A stretch of 64,000 nucleotides of DNA from Octopus vulgaris (GCA_951406725.2 OX597836.1:37262001-37326000), one strand, 5' to 3'. Positions 25,387-39,003 are shown, counted from the first letter of the stretch. A program made the numbers and translations. Notes: generated from the letters alone by a model not told the origin.

Positions 25387-26014
25387 ATGACATTATGGCC
25401 TTCACCTGGTATGTGACTTTTCTGATGACGTTTCATCCTTTAGTTTTTTCCTCTTCTTTTCACTCGTTCTGTCTTCCTGGTGATCTTATTAAGACATATC
25501 GATTTCTCTAAGTGCGAAGCTTGCAACTATACAACCTAATGTATTTCGAGTTATCTCGTCATACGCGTTGAAGGCACATGAACTAGCAATTAGGCTCTAA
25601 CGCTCATAAGATCATGGGTTCAATTCCTACATCAGGTGACGTATTATGTCTTCAGCTTTCAATTCCTACATCAGGTGACGTATTATGTCTTCAGCTTTCT
25701 TCGGTCCGCTCAGCTGGAAACCTCAGACGGTCTAATGCTCTTGCAAATTCTTTCTTTTTCTAACAGATATTTCTTCGATTTCACGTTAGCACAATATGTG
25801 GAATGGACGAAAGAGTGTCCTTATCTGCACTTAAAATAATCAGCTTGCGTGCTGCCATGGTATTCTTGTCTTTAAATGACGGACCTTGGGTAGCCAAGGA
25901 ATGACCAGTCGCTTTCATATATATATATGCATGAGTGCGAACATATAAATTTACGTCTGCATTTGCAACGCCCGGTATCAGTGCTAGTGTATATATATAT
26001 ATATATATATATAT

Positions 26015-26227
26015 AATTGCAGCGTGGAAGGTGTGCAGCGTGGAAGGTGTTTGTAAGCCATTTAAGAAACACACAAAAGCCGTTCGATTCACTTCAACAT
26101 TTAAGTTTAATTTGTCGAAATATTTTCGTCACTTTAAGACCGCGACCTGTTCACTGACAAAGCACGGATTTTTGTCAGTGAACAAGTCGCGGTCTTAAAG
26201 CGACGAAAATATTTTGACAAATTAAAC
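26015..26227. mobile_element. (TA)n-flanked element with 57-bp inverted repeat carrying paired hammerhead motifs
   Basis: 26105-26161 pairs with 26171-26227 (3 mismatches). Confidence 0.75.
26171..26221 (+). ncRNA. Type I hammerhead-like motif with G3-C8 swapped core (mirror copy at 26111-26161 on the minus strand)
   Basis: tttgtca-GTGAACA-a-gtcgc-ggtcttaaa-gcgac-GAAA-atat-TT-tgacaaa: 7-bp stem I, 5-bp stem II, palindromic stem III. Confidence 0.65.
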
Positions 26228-26420
26228 AAATGTATGTATATATATATATATATCATATTAAGGGCTAGCTCTTTGCCTTATGTCTAAATATAAATAAATG
26301 AATATATCTAAAGGGAATAGTTAATAAACTTTTCCCTTATGAGATTTTTCACGCTAACTACTTGATAATTTATTATAAAGATTTTATCGTATATCTGTGT
26401 ATATGTGTGCGTGTAGTCTA

Positions 26421-27698
26421 TATCAAGCTATTCCATAAGTAATGTCCGGATTTCAAATATGAAAAAACAACTTATCAAATCTGACACTTTAGTGACTTAA
26501 TCGTCAATATAGTTTTGAGGATTATCTATGACATCTTTCCATCAACTTATAAGCTTTTTTAATCCCATTAGTGAAAGACTCTTTCGGTTTCGAAGAGAAC
26601 TCTGATAGGTCAGTGTCGGCTTCCTCAATTGTTTCGAGAGTTAATCCATCCAAATGATTCTGTAAACTACGGAACAAATGGTAATCTGAAGGAGCAAGAT
26701 CTGGGGAATAAGGCACATGAGCAATTTTCTGCCAGTCAAGTTCTTCGATCTTCTGGACGTGAGCTTTGCAGTGAGAGGTCTTGCACTGTCCTGGTGAAAC
26801 ATCACTCCTAAAGCAGGCCTTTTCCCGTCAAAGCAGCATCCAAACACTTTAATTGCTGACAGTAGATGTGAGCATTGATTGTTGCATTAATTGGTGGCAA
26901 CTCAAAGTGGCTCACTCCTTTGAAATTCCACCAAACGGAGAGAAGAACCTTCTTCTCATAGAATTCCATTTTCGGTTGTGGTTGGGCTTTTTCCTCTTCA
27001 CCAAATCAATGTTAACAATGCTTATCATTTTTATAAAAAAAAAAGATATTTTTCATCACTGATCACCAGTCTATCTAAAAAGGGCGAGATGAGTTCACGA
27101 GAACGCAGGGAAGATCTGATATTCACTCGGGATTTGCAGCTGACCTGAGACAAATCATGAGACACGCATTTTCCGATTTTGGGGACCTTTCCAAGAAGAT
27201 AGCAGTCAATAGTTATATGGCTTGAACGAAGTTGCTTGCCAATTTTTCAACTCAAACAGCTTTATCTCTTTCTAAATTCCACTGAAAGGAGCTTGTCATC
27301 AAACTCAATTTGAGGTCCTTTTTGGGCCTCATCATCAAGGCTGAAATCTCCACTTCTCAATTTTACAAGCCGAGCTGACTTTTGCAGGTTCTTTCATTCG
27401 GGCACTCTTCTTCATACTCTGAGTGAATATTTCGAGTGTCTTCAGATGCAGAATCCTCTTTCTTAAATTTTTAAAACATTATGTACCTCAAATGCTCCTT
27501 AGACACATTCATGTTTGAAGAGCTATAATTAGTGAAATTTCAATTAGATTATCGTGCAAAATGAAATTTAAATAGTTTAGATATGTTCAAATACATTTAA
27601 ATATGACTCGATGCTATTACAATTTTCTAAAGTACTGGTAAGGCGTTTGCAAATTGAAAATATAAAAGTCCGGACATTACTTACGGGATGACCTGATA
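26421..27698 (-). mobile_element. Full-length decayed mariner (DD34D-type) transposon
   Basis: TIRs tatcaagctattccataagtaatgtccgga / tccggacattacttacgggatgacctgata, ~1.28 kb. ORF fragments HQDSARP and PYSPDLAPSDYHLFRSLQNHL are frameshifted. Confidence 0.92.
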
Positions 27699-27775
27699 GA
27701 TTCAATATAGGTAGAATCAACAGAAAAAGTACTCTACACAGTGAGATGAATATATATATATATATATATATGATA

Positions 27776-27820
<45 letters not shown>

Positions 27821-27826
<6 letters not shown>

Positions 27827-28063
27827 TGAGGGAATATTAATCCTAACTTACAGGGAAAAATTCAATTTAGAAATACTAAATCAAATTTCACACAATATAA
27901 TATATATATATATAAATATTAGAAAAAACACCTTTTATAAATACAAAATGAACAATTAAATTACACCATCTAGAAAATTAGATATGATAGAAATATTAAT
28001 ATTAAAATAACAATATAATACCGATGAGTAAGTAAATTGCGAAAAAGGTGGGGTTTTTTCTAA
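27821..28063. mobile_element. Second copy of the 11757-12010 repeat, with a short inverted terminus
   Basis: Shared sequence; attagaaaaaacacctttt (27918) pairs imperfectly with aaaaaggtggggttttttctaat (28042-28063). Confidence 0.6.
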
Positions 28064-28065
28064 TT

Positions 28066-28095
<30 letters not shown>

Positions 28096-28096
<1 letters not shown>

Positions 28097-28505
28097 CTCT
28101 TACATGCTTTGGTCTTTGATCTGCAATCATGCTGGCGCACCACAATAATGGATTTTATTCAACGAATCGACACAGTTACATATTTTTTAAGAGCCTCGTA
28201 CATATCGGTCACTTTTGCACAACCGATAAGTTACGGTGCCGTAAACAAACACTCACCGGTTGTCAAACGTTAGTGTGCAACACGAATACACACACACACG
28301 TGTGCGTATGTGTGTGTGTATCTAAATACGTATATATATGTGTATACGTCAGGCTTCTTTTTGTTTCCGCCCCAAATGCACAAGTCATTGGTCGGCCTTG
28401 GACTACAGTAGAAGAAACTTGTCTAAGGAGCCTCACAATGGAACTGAACACGGTACCATGTGATTCAGAAGCAAGCTTCTTACCACAAAATCACGCCCAC
28501 GCCTA
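28096..28505 (-). mobile_element. Diverged SINE family B
   Basis: Contains ggcttctttttgtttccg...ggaactgaacacggtaccatgtg...cttaccac. Confidence 0.7.
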
Positions 28506-28649
28506 TATACAATTGTGTGAGCGTGTGTGTGGGTGGGAGGCGTGTCTGTATTTCAGTAGAGTGCAGTATGTTTCAGTTTTAACCTTATGAAACAAATGTT
28601 AAATATAAGTTAGAGAATATGAAGTTAATCGATAGAAATTGAGGACTTG

Positions 28650-29145
28650 AAGGTAGACGAAAGTGATGAGAAGGAGGGGGCAGTAGGAAGCGAAGAAGGA
28701 GGGAGAATGGGTGAGAAAAATAAAAGAGAATGAGGGGAAGGGGGAAGGAGAAGATGAAGAAAAGAGAAGACGAAGAAGAAACGAAGAAAAGGAGAAAGAA
28801 GAGGAAAAGGAAAGAGAAGGAGAAGAAAAGAAGGCAGAAGCAAAGATGATGCACATAAAAGAGAAGGAGTGGAAGGTGAAGGAGAAGACGAAGAAACGAA
28901 GAAAAGGAGAAAGAGGAAAAGGGAAGAGGAGAAGGAGAAAAGAAGGAAATAAGAAGAGAAGAAAGGAAGGTAAAGAGAAGAAAAGAAGGTGAAGGAGAAG
29001 ACGAAGAAACGAAGAAAAAGAAGAAGATAAAGGAGGAAAAGAGAGAGAAAAGAAGGAAAAGCAGGAGGAAAAGAAGGAAAAGGAGGAAAGGAAGAAGAAG
29101 AAGGAATAGAAAGAAAAGAACGGGAGGTGAAAGAGTTGGAGGAGT
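28650..29145. repeat. Purine-rich (GA/GAA) low-complexity tract
   Basis: Recurrent gaaggagaagacgaagaaacgaagaaaa units. Confidence 0.9.
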
Positions 29146-29477
29146 TAAATTATGTACGGCGAGAATCTACTGGAAGTATAATTATTATGAAACAGAAGTG
29201 ATTATGTCAGTTGTGTTAACTTGGTTCCATTAGGATGTTTCTACAATTAGAAAAGGTAAAATATTGTAATTATACGTTTAAGAATCTCACAGTAAAAATC
29301 AAGAGAAAAAGAGGAAAGGTTGAGCGGAAGGAAAGAATGTAAGGGAAGAGAATAAAGGGTGTTTAAAGAAGTTATATAACATAATATCAAAAGTAACTCA
29401 GAAAACAAAGGAAAAATCCTAACAGCAGTATTTCTTCTAATACTTCTGCTAATTATATTAGCAGTATAGGTAATAAT

Positions 29478-29815
29478 CCTTTCTACTATAGGCACAAGGC
29501 TTCAAATTTGGAGGGAGGGGCAGTCGATTAGGTCGACCACAGTACGCAACATCGGTGGAATTTGAAATCAGAACGTAACGACAGACGAAATACCTATTTC
29601 TTTACTACCTACAAGAGGATAAACACAGAGAGGACGAACAAGGACAAACAAACGGATTAAGTCTATTACATCGACTCCAGTGCGTAACTGGTACTTAATT
29701 TAATCGACCCCGAAAGGATGAAAGGCAAAGTCGATCTCGGCGGAATTTGAACTCAGAACGTAGCGGCAGACGCATTTCACCCGGCGTGCGAACGTTTCTG
29801 CCAGCTCGCCGCCTT
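29478..29815 (-). mobile_element. SINE family C, dimeric
   Basis: Head ccagctcgccgcctt at ~29815, with the same internal unit junction at ~29590. Confidence 0.8.
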
Positions 29816-30426
29816 AACCAGTATCGGTAATAATAATTCTTTCTGATTTAGCCACAAATCAATTTTACTAAAAGCCATTTTGAGGGAATGGTCATGTTGA
29901 TTGCGTCGACCCCGGTACAACACTAGTTCTTTATTTTGTCGACTTAAATGGATAAATGTTAAATTTGACTTGGTGTTGTTTCGACATAATTCTATTGTTG
30001 AATGCAAGACCAATATACAAGGCATTAGTCTTCATCTCCTCTTTTCAGTTGCAGCTTGGGAATATATCACGCATTGCTTTCTCGTTTTTGTTTTTTAACT
30101 ATGATAAGGATTATGATTTGAGGCATATTCGGATTTTGCTTTTAGCGTGTCGAGCAAATTTGTAAACTTTCTCCCATTCGTTCATAAGTAATCAGGAATC
30201 AGCCATCATAGGTTCATCAGGAGAAAATGATTAGCGAAGTTTTGTCCATCATTAACATCTTAGTTCAAATTCTCTAAAGGTCGATTTTACCGTTCATTCA
30301 TTGGAGGTCGGTAAAATAAGTACCAGTTGAGTATTGAGTGTCGACGTAATCGACCTACCTCTTCCCCCTGAAATTGCTGGCCTTGTGCCAAAATTTGAAA
30401 CTAATATTTGTAGTTTGCTATCTTAT

Positions 30427-30475
<49 letters not shown>

Positions 30476-31849
30476 TCTGGGGAACATTTATGTTCATCTG
30501 GTTACCAGTAATGAAAATACAACCCATCTGAGGTAAATGCCAGGCAGCAAGTAGAGGTATCGATACCACTACTCGACAACTTGGGGAGACGTCTTATCTC
30601 AGACTGATAAATACTATGTGAGGGGAATTAAGTTGACACAGAACTGTGCGGATACTTGTCGAAAAGATCCTTCCTATCTTGAAATCCTTCACTTAATACG
30701 TCACCCAATCTAACACCATCACCAGGATCCTGGGCCAATTTATCGGTGGCTCCTTAGTTACAAGCAACTGATCTAAGTTTCCCATCTGAGAACGGTCTAA
30801 GAATCAATTCCTCTTTTCATATCAGTGATGGAGGTTCTGAAATGGTGGTTATGTCTACTTCTGTCACTCTCACTAAAACCAATACAAAACAAGTAGACCT
30901 CATTGAACAATAGCCGCAGACATGATTATATTTCTAAATCTTTACAGGAGCAATTAAGTGCAATGTCTTCACATAGTACCAAAAAGTTTAATTCATATTC
31001 TACAAATATGTTTTTGTTTACCAGTATACGTCATGCGCAGTAATATTATAAAAATTGAGATAGAATTTTGACAATTAAAATTTTCTTCAGGCAAATTAAA
31101 ATTTTCAAATGGTATTTATATGAATCCAATATACTGGCGTAGACATAGAGTAAGTATGATTTTATTTGTGCGTGTAACTGCGTATGGGAGGCGAGTGGGA
31201 AAATAAAACATGAATAGAATCTGAACATTTCTTCTCAAATCTGACAGTGAGACCAAAACTTTTTTTTTAACAAAAGGGAAAGCAATTTTCTTAGCTGAAT
31301 GTCTTTTATTCATGGGAACCTAACATTTATTTTGTTTACTGCTGCAATTTTTGCTAAGGAGCCATCAGAGTTGCTAAAGTTATCTCAATACAAAATTACA
31401 AACTTGAATTAAGTCTTTGAATACCCCACAAAATAAAGAAAGCTGTCTAGAAAGTTAAATAGTAATGTATTCAATAGAATAGAAGATATTCTGTTGCAAT
31501 GTCATGAAAATACATCTTTCATGCAATCGCCTTGTCAAATACGAAAATACAACGAAATATTTGACAAGATACCTAAACTTCTTTATTGAAATCTAAATCA
31601 ATAGTAGCAGTATAGAAATTAGAACTGTCTTTTAAACATAACTTGGAATGAATCATTTTGTCATTTCTGTTCTTTATTTTAGTTTTTAAATGTTTTTTTT
31701 TCTATTCTCCATTTCGTTAACTGAAAACTATGTATAGCTGCAATGTCTACAAGTAAATTAGTAAGTAATTTTGTGTTGCACTGAATTTATTCGAGCGGGC
31801 GAAGTTATATTTTCTATTGATAGTGTACTAACAAAAGTCATTAGTTATT

Positions 31850-33830
31850 TCTATGTTGTGCGAGAGTACGATGCCTCCTGGCAAAAATGGAACTTAACAA
31901 AAAATGAGGAGGACGATTTTATAAACTACGCCGGAGTAGTCAACTGTATGTGCGAAAATGTCAAACTCCAGGATCTCACCCAGGGCATGTTCAAATCACT
32001 TACCTTCGTGCAAGGACTTGTAGCACCAGAAGATAGAGAAATTCGGGCAAGGATTCTCTCGAAAATGAAGCAAGTAAACCAGGATTTATTTCTACAGACC
32101 ATCGAAGTAGAATGTCTGACTATGGGGAATCTTAAACATGATATTTAAAAAAATACAACATAAAGACTCTGCAAAAATTGAAGTGTGTCGTCCGGGAAGT
32201 ACAATAAAAAAGTGTCAGGGCCCCAATCCGTTTTATGGTTGTGGAGGTCTACACTACAAAAATGATTGGCTGTTTTAAAATAGAAAGTGCTATAGCTGGG
32301 AGAAGCTGGGATGCAGGAGTTCTCATTATAGATCAAGACTACGTTATAGAACATAGAAACTTCTAAGGTGTTTTCAGAGGAGAGTAATTGCGACAGAAAA
32401 ACAAAATTCATGCACGTAAAAATAAGTGATGTGAATACCAAGTTACAGTTAGACACAGTTAGTGACATTTCCATTATAAATGCCGATACTTAGCGAAAAA
32501 TTGGTAAACCGAGTTTACATAAAACAGTGGAAATATGTGGTGGTGTAACGGTCGATAAATTACATTTCATGGGCAAAATATTTTTCGATGTCGCATTTCG
32601 AGGAGAGACACACGAAGCAAAATTATTCAAAGTATTTGACAATAAATACACACAGAGGATTGTACAGATACACAAGATTACCTTTTGGATTAAAGTTTGC
32701 ACCAGAAATACTCCAGCTAATCATGGATATTATGTTGACTGATTGTGAATTTGCAATCCCGTACTTGGAGAATATTTTGATCAAGGGTAATTCTCGTGAA
32801 CAAGATTTGGAACACATAAAATCTGTGTTTAAGAAAGTTAAACCTTTCGGGTTCACTTTGAGGGAAGAAAAATGTGAATTATTTCTACCCCAATTTAAAT
32901 ACTGAGGGCAAATAATTGATAAAAATGGCAGACGTCCTGAACCATTGAAAGCAGACACAAGGAATATGCCTGCGCCGACAAATATTCCAACTCTACAAAC
33001 ATTTCTGGGATTGGCAAACTATTTTCAAAGCTACATTCCTAATATGCACAAGTTAAGGGCTCCATTGAACGACTTATTAAAAAAAAGAGGTAGAATTTGT
33101 CCGCTGAATGCCAGAACACGTTTTGAAGAAATAAAAAAAATTCTTATCTCAAACCTGTCCTTAGTACATTACGACCCAGAAATGGACATCATTGTGGCGT
33201 CTGATGTTTACGAAAAACGTATTAGGTGCAGTTCTATTTCATAAATACGAAGACGGAAGTACAATACCAGTGGTTCATGTTTCCTGCTCGCTAATAGCAG
33301 CAGAGGAGAGGCCCTAGCAATTATTTTTGCAGGTTGCTGCTTGGCGGAAGGTTTTCTTTTTTTATGGTAAAAAGACTATAGACTTTTGCTGTCGATTTAT
33401 GGATTTTAGAATGGGTTACCGACAGATTCTGCAAACCGCCTGCAAAGCCGGAGTGTAATATTACTAAATTATTATTTCAAAATGCAATATATTCCATCTA
33501 AAAAAATCTGTCAAGCAGACTGCCTTTTGAGATTAATTCCAAAAAATATGGAACCACTAGAAGATACAGTTATAGCTGCAAGCAGAAAGTGGAATTAAAT
33601 GTGTTATGAACTTTAAACAAGAACTACCAGTAACTACACAGGATATGAGAACGAAAGCTCTAACTTATGAGTATATTACCGAAATAAAAGAAGGCTAGGC
33701 AGATGGCTTTGTTATCAGAAATATTGGAAGTATGGTGTATCTAACTAAAGGCTCACGCAGTGAACATAACAGGCATATGACCCAACTAAAGAAGTGGCAT
33801 TCCCAAATCCAATACCAGTAAAAGGGAATG
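31850..33830 (+). mobile_element. Decayed, internally deleted Ty3/Gypsy LTR-retrotransposon gag-pol remnant
   Basis: Protease motif LQLDTVSDISII (~32443); RT YTRLPFGLKFAPEILQ...PYLENILI (YLDD degenerate); FLGLANYF; RNase H DIIVASD. Many stops and frameshifts; no LTRs seen. Confidence 0.9.
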
Positions 33831-34218
33831 GGAAATCATCCACGAGTTGTAAAATAATCATGACATCACAATCAAGGAAGCAGATATGGGTAATACTGCT
33901 GTAAATACTGAACAGTATATATAAAGGCGAAAATCCTTTAGAAGAGCAGAAGACCTGCCGTCAAACAGCCACAGCTGGTTGCCGGCATCTTTTTCTCTTC
34001 TTATAAACGATTTTATCATGGCTGGTAGCCGGTAAATTTTTCTGCCCCTAAAAGGATTTCATCACAGCTGATGGCAGGCAAATTTTTCTTCTCTTATAAA
34101 GGATCTTATCCTTTGTATTTACTGCTCGGTATTTACGTATTGAAAAAAATTTTTTTTTACCTGTTCTTCAAGACTTCAATAACTAACTCATGTTTGTTTC
34201 TATATGACGTCATATATA

Positions 34219-34269
<51 letters not shown>

Positions 34270-34299
34270 ATATATACATTATATATATATATATATTTA

Positions 34300-34344
<45 letters not shown>

Positions 34345-34721
34345 AATATATATACATTATATACATTATGTATATATATATATACATATATATGCACAAA
34401 TATAAGAATATATACATGCAAGTGTATACATATACATACATGTGTGTATGTATGTTTGTATCTATCTATTTATCTATCAATCTCTCCATCTCTCTCTCTC
34501 TCTCTCTCTCTTTATATATATATATGTGTGTGTATGTGTGTGTGTGTGTGTGTGTGTACATAATTATTCTTTAAAATGTATAGACAAAATACATCCTGTA
34601 TTACAGAAATAAATCTTTTCTCTGATAAGTTGGAGAATGTATATATGTAAAACATATGCCACTGTAATTATCAGGGATACAATAGCATGTCTGAATTTGT
34701 AAAACGATTCAGATCATAGTG

Positions 34722-34767
<46 letters not shown>

Positions 34768-35002
34768 TTATATTTATATTTACTTATATGTATATTTTCT
34801 TTTTTATACATGTTCTACTTATTATACAACATCACTCTTTTATGTACATTTTTTTATGTATATTCCTTTATGTACACTGATTTGTTCTGCTTTTTTATGT
34901 TTAACCCTACAGTCTCTTATATGGTGGTTTAATAAAGTATGTGATTGAGTATTATCTGGTAATTGATATTTGATGTAGATGTATTTCTCCATTTTCTTAT
35001 CT

Positions 35003-35047
<45 letters not shown>

Positions 35048-35555
35048 ACACACGCACATCACGCACATCACGCACACACACCCATTCAAATATGTATGTA
35101 CATATATACATACAAACGTAATTTCTAGAAATTCAACAACTGATATTTTTCCTCTTCAGGACATTCGTTTTTGAAATATCACTTCTGCTTAATTTGTTTA
35201 TAATAAAAATTCCCATCACTAGTATACCGCAAAAATTGAATATTTTTTGTGGCTTCTATATTTCGCCAGTTTGTCTATAAAAATGAACTTGATACATCGT
35301 TTTGGAACGTCTGTTTCCTTTTTTTTTTTTTTCAATATTTACTTTTCATATAATAAAGTCTCTGGGAAAGATATGCAATAACTTCCAGTATCAAATCAAA
35401 ATATGCATTTGATCACACACCTGGCTAGGAGGCTTGTCTAAGATGACGGAGAACTACAATATGCAAAACAACTGTTATTGTTTCAAAGAATTGACCTAAG
35501 AAACCCAAATTTGGAAATATACTTTGTTATGTTTTCTTTTGTTATTATAGTGGAA

Positions 35556-35585
35556 ACTAGCAGATGTACCCGGCGTTGCCCGGAA
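35556..35585 (-). mobile_element. Helitron-type 3' terminus
   Basis: Minus strand ccgggcaacgccgggtacatctgCTAGt: GC-rich subterminal motif plus CTAG end. A similar end occurs on the plus strand at ~25965-25988. Confidence 0.55.
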
Positions 35586-36140
35586 TGTTAGCAGCATAGT
35601 TTGAGCTGATCTATGTATACAGTTATAATATCCAAAGATGTCTGAAAATTTTAAAAAAGGGCAAGTTTGTTGTTGTTTTTTTTTCCCTGAATTAAAACGT
35701 CAGATTTATTGCACACATTGTATGGCAACATGTCTAGAATTTGACCATGAAATTTAAGCAGAGTTACTAATATGATAAGTAAGCGCACACAAAACAAACA
35801 AAAAAATACCTCACTCTTTAATCAAAACGAGATCTGTCATATAAATTGTTCATTGTTGCTCACTGAGGTGACTCAGTCCACACAATATTCTGCTTTATAT
35901 GGAAAGACAAAAAGTAACAGCAGTATTCTAGGTAATACTCTGCAAGGAGAGAAAAATGGGGATCTTAAAATCCAGAGGCTCATCCTGCGGAGTATGTCAA
36001 CAATTTTGTTGATGTGAGCTCTCCAGCTAATGTTCGTGTGAACAATTATTCCTTAGTCTCTAATATTAATGACCTGTGGGGACATAGTATTTCGTTATGT
36101 AACGATAATATACTACAAAGTACTTTAAACGTTTTTATAA

Positions 36141-36187
36141 GTCAGTACTGATGAAAGGTCAAAAACTCCTGAAATATGTCACATTAG
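36141..36187 (+). ncRNA. Hammerhead-like motif, canonical core, weak stem I
   Basis: CTGATGA-a-agg-tcaaaaact-cct-GAAA-tatg-TC. Confidence 0.45.
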
Positions 36188-37293
36188 CCCATTACTCATC
36201 TTTCATCTTCGATCTCATTCTTGTTTGCATCAGGCTGTGCTGACTATAATTTCTTTAGCAAATCTCTACAGATGACCTTAACAGGTAACTGCTAATAATT
36301 TTAGATGCCATGTGTTATTCTCCAGAGAGAAAACAGTTTGGTTGATTGAGAATATATTTTTTCAGATTTTCAGATTTTCCCTAAATTAACCGCAATCATG
36401 TTTGCCTTCCGCCTATTGACTTACTGCCTCTAGATCAGACAGGAGGTTTCTTTTTCAGTCTTGTTCTCTAAATTTTGAAACCAATTTGTGAGAATGTGAG
36501 TATGTATGCCTATATGTATCTTCAACATATATTTCAAAAGAAAGCTATTCACGGAATTTGAATGAGCGTGAGTGTGTGTACGTGCACATATATGTATATC
36601 TAGCATATATTTCAAAGGAGAACTATTCATATATGCATATGTGTGTGTATGTCTGTGAGGGTGTATATATACATATGTGTCTTTGTGTCTGTGTGTCTGT
36701 GCCTGTGTATCTTTATATAGAGAGATTGCTTGCTTCAGTGATTGATCGAACGATTTATTTCATAGCAAATATAACATTTTAAGTTACGTGTACTTTAAGA
36801 ATTGTATTTATTATCTTCTTAAAATATGGTCAGATGTTATAATATTCGCATCTCAGAGAACATTCAATATATATTCATATGAATTGTGTGCGCGCTTGTA
36901 TATATATATATATATTCAAAGAGAGAGATCGACAGACAGACGGAGCAACATACAATCAACATAAATATTGCTATATACTTTAAAGTCTATAGTTTTTTAT
37001 GCAATGAATCACGCAAGTAATCCGAAATCTGATGTATGTCATCTTTATCGAAATTTTGCCAATAATTTTATCCTAAATATATAACAAATATATTCGGTAC
37101 CATTTTATCACTGCACTTGTGCTGTGTAAAAGATTAAACAAATAGACGTTTACACACATATGTGCGCAGGCAGATGTGCAATCACACACACATAAATAAT
37201 GTACTGTTCCCTGATAGACAATTCAACAAAAAAGTACTACATCTGGTAAGGGATAAATATCATTTATTTAAAGAACACAAGACATGTCTATAA

Positions 37294-37350
37294 GTTCTAC
37301 TGATAGTTTCATATGTTGAGAAATATCATAAGCATATATTCATCAGACAC
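37294..37350 (-). ncRNA. Hammerhead-like motif, canonical core
   Basis: Minus strand reads gtgt-CTGATGA-at-atatg-(17 nt)-catat-GAAA-ct-atc-ag-TA-gaac; stem I is imperfect. Confidence 0.5.
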
Positions 37351-37503
37351 AAATCACATATCATAATGAACTAAAAAAATATTGAATCAGAGAAAAAATG
37401 CGAAAAAGCTAAACAAGCAGCATATATGAAACAAGTTTCTTCTGTTATTGAATTTTTTTTAGTTCGTTGTGGTTTTCTGCTGAAACTACAAATATATATA
37501 TAT

Positions 37504-37880
37504 GGAGTGGCTGTGTGGTAAGTAGCTTGCTAACCAACCACATGGTTCCGGGTTCAGTCCCACTGCGTGGCATCTTGGGCAAGTGTCTTCTGCTATAGCC
37601 CCGGGCCGACCAATGCCTTGTGAGTGGATTTGGTAGACGGAAACTGAAAGAAGCCTGTCGTATATATGTATATATATATATATGTATGTGTGTGTTTGTC
37701 CCCCTAGCATTGCTTGACAACAGATGCTGGTGTGTTTACGTCCCCGTCACTTAGCGGTTCGGCAAAAGAGACCGATAGAATAAGTACTGGGCTTACAAAG
37801 AATATGTCCCGGGGTCGATTGCTCGACTAAAGGCGGTGCTCCGGCATGGCCGCAGTCAAATGACTGAAACAAGTAAAAAG

Positions 37881-37881
<1 letters not shown>
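37504..37881 (+). mobile_element. tRNA-derived SINE family B, full length
   Basis: Head ggagtggctgtgtggtaag...gggttcagtccc (A/B-box-like) and tail gactgaaacaagtaaaa; about 10 copies in the window. Confidence 0.9.
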
Positions 37882-37952
<71 letters not shown>

Positions 37953-38048
37953 TATAAGAGAGTTACCACTATGTGGATAGTTAAGCCACTTGGTGTTAAA
38001 TTGATGGTATTATTAAATTAATATCAAATTTTTCACCCTCATTTATAA

Positions 38049-38124
<76 letters not shown>

Positions 38125-38510
38125 TATCACCACTTGAAAGTGGATACTGTGTTAGAATACACAGTACTTCAATATTTACCATGAGAGCATTTCTCGTTTG
38201 GCTTTGTGGTGAATATAGGCACTCATGTTTCCACTACAAGAGTTAATTTAACTAAATACAACCAAAATAATAATAATAATGAGTAGGTTTAAACACATGA
38301 ACAAAATAAACAAAAACAAATAACAGGAACGTATATATACAGGAGATGCAAATGTTACAGGCACTCCCCCCCACACACACACTAACTAAACATAGACACA
38401 CATAGAGGTATACGCATGCGCAAACGAAGGCACATACAATGGGAATACAAAATACAAAATGGCTGACGGTTAGTAAGGAGAGACACACAAATAAGAAAGA
38501 AGAAAGCAAA

Positions 38511-38555
38511 GGACCACTGATGAGGTCACAGAAGTATGACGAAAGAACTCTGGCC
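38511..38555 (+). ncRNA. Canonical-core type I hammerhead ribozyme
   Basis: ggacca-CTGATGA-g-gtca-cagaagta-tgac-GAAA-gaac-TC-tggcc: stem I of 5 bp with one bulge, stem II of 4 bp. Confidence 0.75.
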
Positions 38556-38643
38556 GAAATAAGATTAAGATTAATGTAAAAAATAAATAACGCTGAAGCA
38601 AATTAACACCAAACTGGCAAAATGACCATTCCTAAATACAACA

Positions 38644-38694
<51 letters not shown>

Positions 38695-38695
<1 letters not shown>

Positions 38696-39003
38696 CCTCG
38701 GATCACCAAATTCTTGGGAGTAGATTTGGCAGACGGAAACTAAAAGAAGCCCGTCGTGTATATACATGTGCCTCTGTGTATGTGTATGTGTGTGTGCGTG
38801 TGTGTGTCTTTGTGCCCGTGTTTGTTCCCTGCAAGCACCTGACACCCGTTCTTGGTTTGTTTACGTCCTCGAAAAATAAGGGTTCAGCAAAAGACGATGA
38901 TAGAATAAGTACCATGCTTGAAAGAAATAAATACTAGAGTCGATTCATTCTGTAAGTCGCTGCCCCAGCATTGCCGCACTCTAATGACTGAAACAAGTAA
39001 AAC
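38695..39003 (+). mobile_element. 5'-truncated diverged SINE family B
   Basis: gatttggcagacggaaactaaaagaagcccgtcg...gactgaaacaagtaaaa. Confidence 0.75.

Noticed and set aside
28711-28992. K/E/R-rich 93-aa ORF
   Set aside because: Product of purine-rich low-complexity DNA.
36234-36284. Possible 51-nt plus-strand exon (cag|...|gtaact)
   Set aside because: Short, unrecognised peptide next to a probable retroelement remnant; insufficient support.
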